Part shown: piece by piece, positions 13,221-20,721 of the stretch
How positions within the stretch are numbered: the first letter of the stretch is position 1
How the letters are laid out: the number at the start of each line of letters is the position of its first letter
NCBI GenBank assembly: GCA_051530055.1
Contig: JBMGUZ010000043.1
Coordinates: forward strand, 1-23,056
Origin: Neoechinorhynchus agilis
Taxonomy: Eukaryota; Animalia; Acanthocephala
Direction of reading: 5' to 3'
DNA length: 23,056 bases
The notes under the pieces: generated by a model
What the model was told of the DNA's origin: nothing
Databases searched by the model: none
What the model saw: the letters and a program-made list of their open reading frames with translations, nothing else
Made by a program: the position numbers and the translations under genes

Positions 13221-14519
13221 AAAATTTTCTATTAAAATGTTCTTAGAGCTTCGAGTCGTCTTAGAGGAAATCCTTTAGAATTTAATAAGGCCCAGATATG
13301 TATTTTCGTCTTATATTTTGGAGTAACGATCCAATCTGATTGCAAGCAAACGAATTGAAAAAAATTTGTTTTTTAGCGGTTGATGTGTTCAATCTCACAA
13401 GCTCTAGGGCCAACGTATCATCACCTACAGCAATATTTTGAGGCTCAATAATTGCACGATTCAATCCTTCGATGCCTTTAACTTCCCCCCGTGTTCGTTG
13501 CGATAAAACATTAGGTATTCACCAGTTCAATCTTTAAAAATTATTTTGCAGCATAGTAGAGTTTCATTAAAAGTGCAATAATTTGAATTTTCGCGTGTTA
13601 GCTTTTGCGAACTCGGCGGGTAGACATTTTTGATGAGTCCAAAATGTTAAAAGCGCCACTTTGTTTTGCTCATGAAAATCCCAAAAAGTGTTCTTTTTAC
13701 GAACAACCATTTCGCCCATTTTCGCTAAAAAGAACGCTTAAATTTCATCACTCTGCTTTGTTCCTGCATCATGAATTATTTCTAGAAAAAACAGGAGAAA
13801 ATTACTCAAAAATCGAAATGTCAAATTCAATTCCAAGTGTGAACATAATTTCAGTAAGCGGATGATGGCGAAAAACTTTAATACGGAAATACTTCGTCTT
13901 TTAAAAAGATGTTCATGTACGGCCCTAAATTCAGAAAAGTATCAATGCTCACAAACTCGAATTTTTACATTGGAGAAAATGCAGAATTTAAGTTTTCACT
14001 AGTAAAATTTCGCCGCATAATTTTTATTTGGACATTTGAACCGTTTTTATCAAAAGCGTATCAATATTTCGCAAGACTCAGAGATTTGATTAATTCAACC
14101 CTATAACAACACTTATTGAAAGAACAATTAAAAGCCAAATATCCATTTATAAACTTACACGTTTAGCTCAATAAGCCGAAATGCTCGAGCTCTTGTGAAA
14201 ACACCCAAAAAAGAGCAAATCGACAACGGTTTCGAAACTACGAATCAAAGTGCGCAGTCGATTTTATGCAGAGTTGAAAACTTGTATAAACGAAAGAAAC
14301 GCGTTTGATTACAAACTCAGGATATGACCTACCTCTGCGTTTTAGGCCTGCGGTCCGACGAAACGCACGAAATATTGGGAACGATAAATCAATATCTATT
14401 CTTCTCATCACCAAAGAACACAAAAATGAACATCTTTTTTTATAGAAAAGATGATTTTAAAATCTTTGATCCGCTATATCCAGTTTTCATTGATAGAAAA
14501 TCCTTCGGGTAAGTCAAAG

Positions 14520-14756
14520 TATAATTTTAATGAACATACTCCCGGTCATAATCTATTTGATTTTGATTTATTGGAAATATTTCGAAGGAGGTAACCTCGC
14601 CTCATCAGTCATTGTTTGCAAGTATTTTCCTTTTCTTTTGTTTTTTCTGAAAACTTGCAAACAATGACTGATGAGGCGGGATTACCTCCTTCGAAATATT
14701 TCCAATAAATCAAAATCGAATAGGTTATGACCGGGAGTATGTTCATTAAAATTATA
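14520..14756. repeat. Long inverted repeat: 104-bp arms (14520-14623 and 14653-14756) with a 29-nt loop; probable inverted Penelope pseudo-LTR
   Basis: The arms are reverse complements at 100/104 positions by manual alignment. It lies about 220 bp upstream of the Penelope ORF relic. Confidence 0.95.
14668..14709 (+). ncRNA. Hammerhead-ribozyme-like motif (mirror copy on the minus strand at 14608-14567)
   Basis: CUGAUGA (14668-14674), imperfect stem II G...C (14675-14692), GAAA (14693-14696), UAUUUC, then AAUAAA (14704-14709). Stem I pairing is not convincing, so activity is doubtful. Confidence 0.45.
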
Positions 14757-14980
14757 AATATCCCGTTTTATTAATCGCGATATTACATAGTTCATTTTTA
14801 GCTGCCCCTTTTAAATTTTTCGTTAAGCAATAGAATTGTAGAAAGAATCATGAAGCCTATAGAATAGTGATTTTTGACCTTAGAGTCGTTTATCTTTTCC
14901 TTTGGGATCGCCCGTAGTACAAATTTCATCATTAAAGATGGTGCATAGCAGCTTTTGACGGCATTTTCTTGTACTCCGCA

Positions 14981-15810
14981 AATCTCTCTTCACTATAACA
15001 AGCTTTATAAAACATCACAATATTACGTTCATTGAGTGATAATTGCGGTGATTTGATTTCGATTGACAAAGGTGGATAAGAGATCAAAATGCAGAAAATA
15101 CTGCGAGATCCGCTTATATATATGATGGAATCGAAGGATGATTGAGAATTGAAGCGCAAAAAGTTGAAAAGCATCTTTCGTAAAGTTACAGCCGCAAGAT
15201 ATTTGAAAAGAAGGAACCGTTGCGAGTGTTCGGAATGTACCCAACGGTCAAAATGAATACAAGATGCCGGTTAGTCCGGTAACATTGACAACAGCGTTTT
15301 TCTTAAATGCAGACCCCTTCTTGGCGACGAAAATTTGCCCATTGCTTCACAGGACAGGTTCATTTTTTGCAGAATGTTGAGGGTTTACTTAATTCTCTGA
15401 ATGCGCGATGCAATGACTTAAATGGTAGCCAGGTAATGCCTTTTGATTTTGTTTCGCTCTCTACAAACGTCGAAAATGAGAGAACGATAAGTGCACTCGA
15501 GAAACGGTTGAATGGATCGGGAATGGATATTCGGATTGTCCATAGAACGGCAACTACACTTGGGCGAATCCTGACGCGACCTGGACATCATGAAACACCG
15601 GAAACATATCCAGCATCGTCGTTGATGTGTACGCACAATGGAAGTCCGGGGACGCAAATAGCCGACAAGATTTGATTTGCACTCGAAGCAACGTGGTCTA
15701 CAAAATGACATGCGAATGATATTTGGCCGATGACAATCGCTAGTCCATTTACATAGGCAAAACTGAACGGCCTTTGCGTCAATCTGTGGCGGAACACTTG
15801 GTAGAAAACT
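14981..15810 (+). mobile_element. Penelope-like element relic (RT plus GIY-YIG), internally deleted, with stops and frameshifts
   Basis: Colinear motifs: NLS...AL..I...IDKG (14981-15073), KMQKILRDP, KMPVSPV, HFLQNVEGLLNSL, MPFDFVSLSTNV (compare SFDVVSLFTNV) and the linker IRIVHRTATTLGRILTRP. GIY-YIG CTRSNVVYKMTC from 15678 and YIGKTERPLRQSVAEH from 15750. Confidence 0.85.
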
Positions 15811-16262
15811 TACTAGCAAAACAAGTGGAAGACGGCGTGACGCTAGAATTTCACTTAAATCTCATCACGCCAAAGACTTCATCGATCCTATTCCACCGTC
15901 TTCTTTTACTTCACTTCATTTCTTCAGTCTGGTGGAGATAAGAGAATGATAACGAAGGCTCGAGATGCCAAATCCCTGGAAGCCTTTAGTCCGGACCTTG
16001 ACATCAGCGGTATACACAAGATGATCGCTGTTTTGATGACTTGGCGCCAAAACTTCGGTGGTTACGGATATGTGGAGCAGAGTTTTTCAAGCCGTCGCAG
16101 TGCTCTCGGCAAGTTGGAGAAGGCCCTAGAAAATGTGGGCTAAAAAAGCTTGGTGATATCCCTCTACGGCCGTAAAAGAAAAGAACAAGTTTTTCTCAAA
16201 GTTTATGGACTCTTGTTTGAAACATCAGAACATGAATCGACAGAGACAAATGTGATCGATCT

Positions 16263-16833
16263 GAACGGCACACGGCATTGATTCCAAAGGAGCTCCGAAG
16301 GAATGGTATTGATGTGGTGGCTGTCGGCGGCCAATGAAGGACAACTTTCGGAATAGGAAAAAGGTTGCAACGGAGCCAAAACTTCATGGTGTGGGATTAG
16401 CTATCAAGATCTCACTAGTCTCGAAGTACAATCCACAACCAATCCACGTGAAACTCTGGAAAGTCAAGGACTAAAAATTCCAGGGAGAGACAGAAAGCAT
16501 TTTCCTTCAAGAGACACAGCTGAGGAAATCCGACAAATTCAAGTATGCAATGAGAATAAATAACGGATGGGTGAATTGGAAAAGCCTAACTGGGATCTTA
16601 TGTGATAGCAAAGTTCCTCTGGTCTTGAAAGGACGGCAATAATGCCAGCCATGTAATATGGGCGGAGACATGGAACACCTCTGCCAATCACATCAAGCGA
16701 ATGCAGTGGAGGCCGAAATGATTAGCTGGATGTGTGGGTGACCAGGCAAGACGTGATCCCAAATAATGCCGTCCGGGGGTCAGCGAAGGTGGAGGACGTG
16801 AAGAAAGCTATCGCGAAACGGAGGATCAAATGG
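16263..16833 (+). mobile_element. RTE-clade LINE relic: APE N-terminus fused by deletion to the ORF C-terminus
   Basis: ERHTALIPKELRRNGIDVVAV at 16263 (compare RTE ERRTALIARELARYNIDIAAL) and HGVGLAIK at 16386. Then KFKY, RINNGWVNWKSLTGILCDSKVPLVLKGR and VTRQDVIPNNAVRGSAKVEDVKKAIAKRRIKW, ending at 16833. Confidence 0.8.
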
Positions 16834-17634
16834 AACGAAGGTTTTCAATATCGTTATAATTTTGAATTACTAAGCTTTTCTAACGAGAACAATCATCTTA
16901 TTCAATTCATGGTCGATAAACATGTTTTTATTAATTGTTTTACGCGGAAGTTTTGTCCATAAAGTCATTTTGACCTCCTGTCTTTAATTTTATCGTTTTG
17001 TGTTCTTTTGAAATTGCAAAAGTCAATTACAATTTTATATATCCGCATTTTATGTTCATTTTTAAATTGGTGCAAATTTGAAAAATATGTTATAAAGCCT
17101 TCAAAAAATGCGTTCGACGCTTAAATGTTTTTTAATACCAAAAGGTGTGATTTTTAATAGATACAAAAAACGCAGCTGAAGCGAACACGTTGAACCTTTT
17201 CCAAAACAACGAAATCAAAAGATTTCCTCGAATTTGAGAGATCGAACATTGGATTCGGATTGAATAACAAAAGATTTCATTCTTCGTGCAACCCGTTTAT
17301 CCGATTTTCTACCTAAATAAAAAAGCTTTTAAAATGCTAAAATCGTTATTAGAACATTGCGTTATTTCAAAAGTTGCGAAATAAATATATCCTAAAATGC
17401 TAACAACTAGAAAAACTTTTTGACCAATCGGTGAACAGATTTGCATTCACTTAATTGAGATCATTTCATTAAATAAATTTAAGAGCACGTCTCCAAGTTC
17501 AGCTTTTGCTCAATTTCTAAAGTGTAACGTTAAGCGCAAAAACGCCGGGAAACCTTGTCATTAATTTCGAACAAAGGCGAAACACGCAAACGATTGAAAG
17601 TAACGCGAAAACCAATTTAGAAACTACTTTAATA

Positions 17635-18243
17635 TTAATAACATTTAAAAAATGTGCTCCCAACAACAATTGCACACAGCAGCATAATAAATATTGCCGT
17701 CCACATTATGTACAAAATGCAACGGTCACCATCTGAACCATCTTCTTGTGTTGTTGAAGTCTTAGATTTTCTCATTTTTCCAGAATTTGGGTTTTTCAAT
17801 TTTTTATTAACTTTGGATATAGCCGTATATTTATTTTCGATGTTTGATGTTGGATTGACTTCTTCTTTTTGCTTCAAACCCCCAATAATCATAATTTTAC
17901 TGTTGTCCTGATTGATGACTTCATCTACGATTTTTTTCCAGCCTTCGCGATAGTCTTGCCACGTTTTCTTGTTTTCATGATGGGAGGATAGGTTCAAATC
18001 ACTATCTTTATGGTTGTTGCTGATATCAACTTTCTCTTTTAACTCCGTAGCCCCACAAAAGCATTTTACTAATGCTCGCAATATTCCACGAAATCCTTTT
18101 AATTTTTTGGTCTCCTTAGTGTTCCCACCATTGCTAATTTTACTTAGTTTTGTATCACTGCTCTGCTTAAGACAAAAGCATTTTCTCATCACTAAACGAA
18201 AAGATGTTAAGAAAAAAATATAAATTTTATACTTACTTTTCAT
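17635..18243 (-). CDS. Hypothetical Lys-rich protein with a C-terminal transmembrane segment (tail-anchored topology); probable 45-nt intron at 18192-18236
   Basis: Uninterrupted 202-codon ORF in AT-rich DNA with the hydrophobic tail CILYIMWTAIFIMLLCAIVVGSTFF. ATGAAAA|GTAAGT...TTTCGTTTAG|TGATG gives a canonical in-frame intron and a 187-aa spliced product starting MKMMRKCFC. Confidence 0.6.
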   Translation of the reverse strand: MKSKYKIYIFFLTSFRLVMRKCFCLKQSSDTKLSKISNGGNTKETKKLKGFRGILRALVKCFCGATELKEKVDISNNHKDSDLNLSSHHENKKTWQDYREGWKKIVDEVINQDNSKIMIIGGLKQKEEVNPTSNIENKYTAISKVNKKLKNPNSGKMRKSKTSTTQEDGSDGDRCILYIMWTAIFIMLLCAIVVGSTFFKCY

Positions 18244-20444
18244 TTTACTAGTATTAAAGCCGCAATATTACAGAAGTGAAACGTTTAAGGATGAAAAGTT
18301 TCCATAGTGATGCAAATTTTTTTCTTGAATTCTGATTGGACAGATTTTAATCTTATTAATCTTGCGCATTGGGAAGAAGAGAACTTGATTGTTTCAAGCT
18401 TAAACTTAAAGCGATTATCGAAGGCCAATGATAGTTCAACATTTCTTCGATATTTTTAGTTTGAAACTCAATATTAAAATTCATTCGAACTAATTTTATG
18501 TTTACGGTCGTCAGGTTACGTTCGCTGATCTTTAGAAATGGAATATATCCGTTTTGGGTTTCTATCACGAATTAGAGGTCAAAGCTTTTTAAAAAGGTTG
18601 GATCTCTGAAAAATTAAGTCTAGGTCATGAATATATAGCGATGTAGCATTTTGATCTTTTAATGTTTGCATCTGTCAATGATTTTAGCGAGAGTTAAACT
18701 TTTTGAGTCAAATACAAAAAATCTGAGCACAATATTTTGTTTTATTCGATATTACAAAACTACTTCGAGCGCTGTTTTGCAATTTTGTCTTTCTTCTATA
18801 AGGCTCATTTTGGTTTTGATCAATGATATTTTTTCTGTGTACTGAAAAAACCCATTTTAAGTGACTTGTTTTTCTATAGTAGCGAAATCGATGATGATCA
18901 TGATTTCGACAAGTAAACTTTAAATATTTTGCATTTCGTTTCGTATTTACGAATTGCCGTCCGTTCCCTTGGCTAGGGTTTCGCTGGGCTGCAGGCAGAT
19001 ACAGTAGGAAACTCAATAATCCATTCATGAACGTCACTATTTAGATGACGATCCATTTGGCTAGGCATGAATTTATTACCCAGTTATCAAACAATTTACA
19101 ATGTTGTTATTAAAAGATCAGTCTTTTAGAGTTGAGTATTCTATTTTTATATCGTTGTACACCATTTCGAAGTGCCTTTTATTGTTTGGGTTTTATTCGT
19201 TTGCTGTTGCCCCCTTTTTTGAGAATTCTTCATTGTTGCTATTCCTGCAGGAGCTACGACCCATGTAGTTTCCACGATTTCAGCGTTGTTGCCTCTGGCA
19301 CCACCGTCTGCCCGAAAAAACAGCGAATACCAACAAGGACTGCTCGGCTGCGGTATTTGCAACATTCCGCGCAGTTCGCTGTCCAATGGAGAGGAGCTTC
19401 AGGCGGGGGAGTAAAGAGTTGCTAAATGTTCCCCGGAATCCCACTGCTGGACTGATAGTCGAGAATTTATTCTCCTGCACGTTTAGTTCTCTTGTAACTA
19501 CTGGTACAATGGGTGCAGATCCTTCAAAGAAGCATCTCAATATTTTGGTTTTCTACTCTGAAGAAGTCTGAAAGATGAATTAGTTAAATCATTGAGTTTA
19601 AGGATGGAGCGTAGTCTTTACTAAGCGGTGTTTTCTCATTTCTACTTCGATTTGTAAATGAGAAATCGATTTCGTCGAGAAATTCTAAATGCTTTCATCA
19701 GTGCGATGAATGATTTTGAAGTCCAGGAAAGCCGAAAAGGTTGAAAAATAAAACTTAAATATTGTTTTGGACAATCATAAACATATTTCCGTTACGTACT
19801 TACCTAGGAAGTTTCGTTCTCGTATAAAAGAACAAAGGCAAAACAAGAGTGTCTTGTTGGTTAGTTACGCATTCACAGTTGAAAAAACTTGCAAACAGTG
19901 AGTATTGGCCATAGGCCAAAGCCCGATGACGACGAAGGATGCGATTGCATCTCAGAGGGCAATTAATAAAAAAATGAAGATAATCCGTTTGATGGTTTCA
20001 AAGTGGACGAGGATTGTCGCATTCATCGGCGTTGTTTTCTCGGATTTTTGTTTTTTGTACGAGATCATTTTATTCACGAAATTTAATCTTTTTAACTCGG
20101 TACAAAAAGTGCATTTGTAAGTGGTGTTTTAGTATTATCAAAAGTTTTATATTATTAATCGATCGGCAATAAAATATCAGACACGCGATTTTTTCACAGC
20201 TGATTGATTGTCTGATCTCTAACGCATAAATTACCATTATTTCCTCGTACTTTCTTAAAGGTCTGTATTACATTTTCGTTACATTATTAAATCTCTTTCA
20301 TGCTTTTTTTGGATTCGTAGCTTTGAAGAGAGATTGATAATTGATTCCTTCGTAAAATCATTAGCCTTCCTCGTATTGTTTTGAACGTTTATTGAGCTGA
20401 AAATTTTTTCATGAATATTACAAAAAAAAGCTTTATTGAGCATG

Positions 20445-20716
20445 TTTTTTCAGAATAATTTTATTAAAATTCACCGGTTACACACGCTACAACAAAACGT
20501 TTCAACAATCACCACCGTCCACGAAGAAGAGGCATCGCTGTCCCCTCAGTGGTCGCGAACACACTCGCTGCGCTTCCTCTTATCTATCGGTAGACCAATG
20601 TTTTGGCGTAGGAAGGCACCAGCTCTTGTATTTCCTGTCTTGACCTGGAGTCTACTCGATAACTCCTTCGTAAATCTAAGTGCCGTGCTACCGAGCGCAC
20701 TAACAGTCTCCACTCC
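20445..20716 (-). mobile_element. 3'-terminal fragment of a third CRE-clade element (copy 3)
   Basis: Minus-strand translation GVETVSALGSTALRFTKELSSRLQVKTGNTRAGAFLRQNIGLPI, then after a frameshift RGSAASVFATTEGTAMPLLRGRW*. AATAAA at 20465-20460 and A6 at 20450-20445. Confidence 0.8.
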
Positions 20717-20721
20717 ACGCT

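Noticed and set aside
10074-13228. Target-site duplication for CRE copy 1 (aaaatttt at both ends)
   Set aside because: This low-complexity word is common in the window, and the left copy is separated from the A8 tail. It cannot be told from chance.
11207-13278. Plus-strand ORFs of 60-140 aa overlapping the CRE elements (also 20436-22452)
   Set aside because: They are antisense shadows of GC-richer retroelement coding sequence with no recognisable motifs.
10020-13300. Spliced-leader gene or telomeric repeat as the CRE target
   Set aside because: No SL sequence that I know and no TTAGG/TTAGGG/TTAGGC array occurs at any junction.
14737-14801. Penelope-type retained intron (GTATGT…TTTTTAG) after ATG 14727
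   Set aside because: The sites look canonical, but the spliced frame stops after about 13 codons and cannot be linked to the ORF relic. Not supported without transcript data.
5281-19308. Further GACGGTGGTG words at 5282-5291 (+) and about 19299-19308 (-)
   Set aside because: These are 10-11 nt matches with no flanking CRE similarity and are plausibly chance.
19640-19701. Second hammerhead-like motif on the minus strand (CUGAUGA…GAAAUCGAUU, palindromic stem III)
   Set aside because: Stem II lacks the closing pair (A…C) and does not fold, stem I fails after one base pair, and there is no Penelope context.
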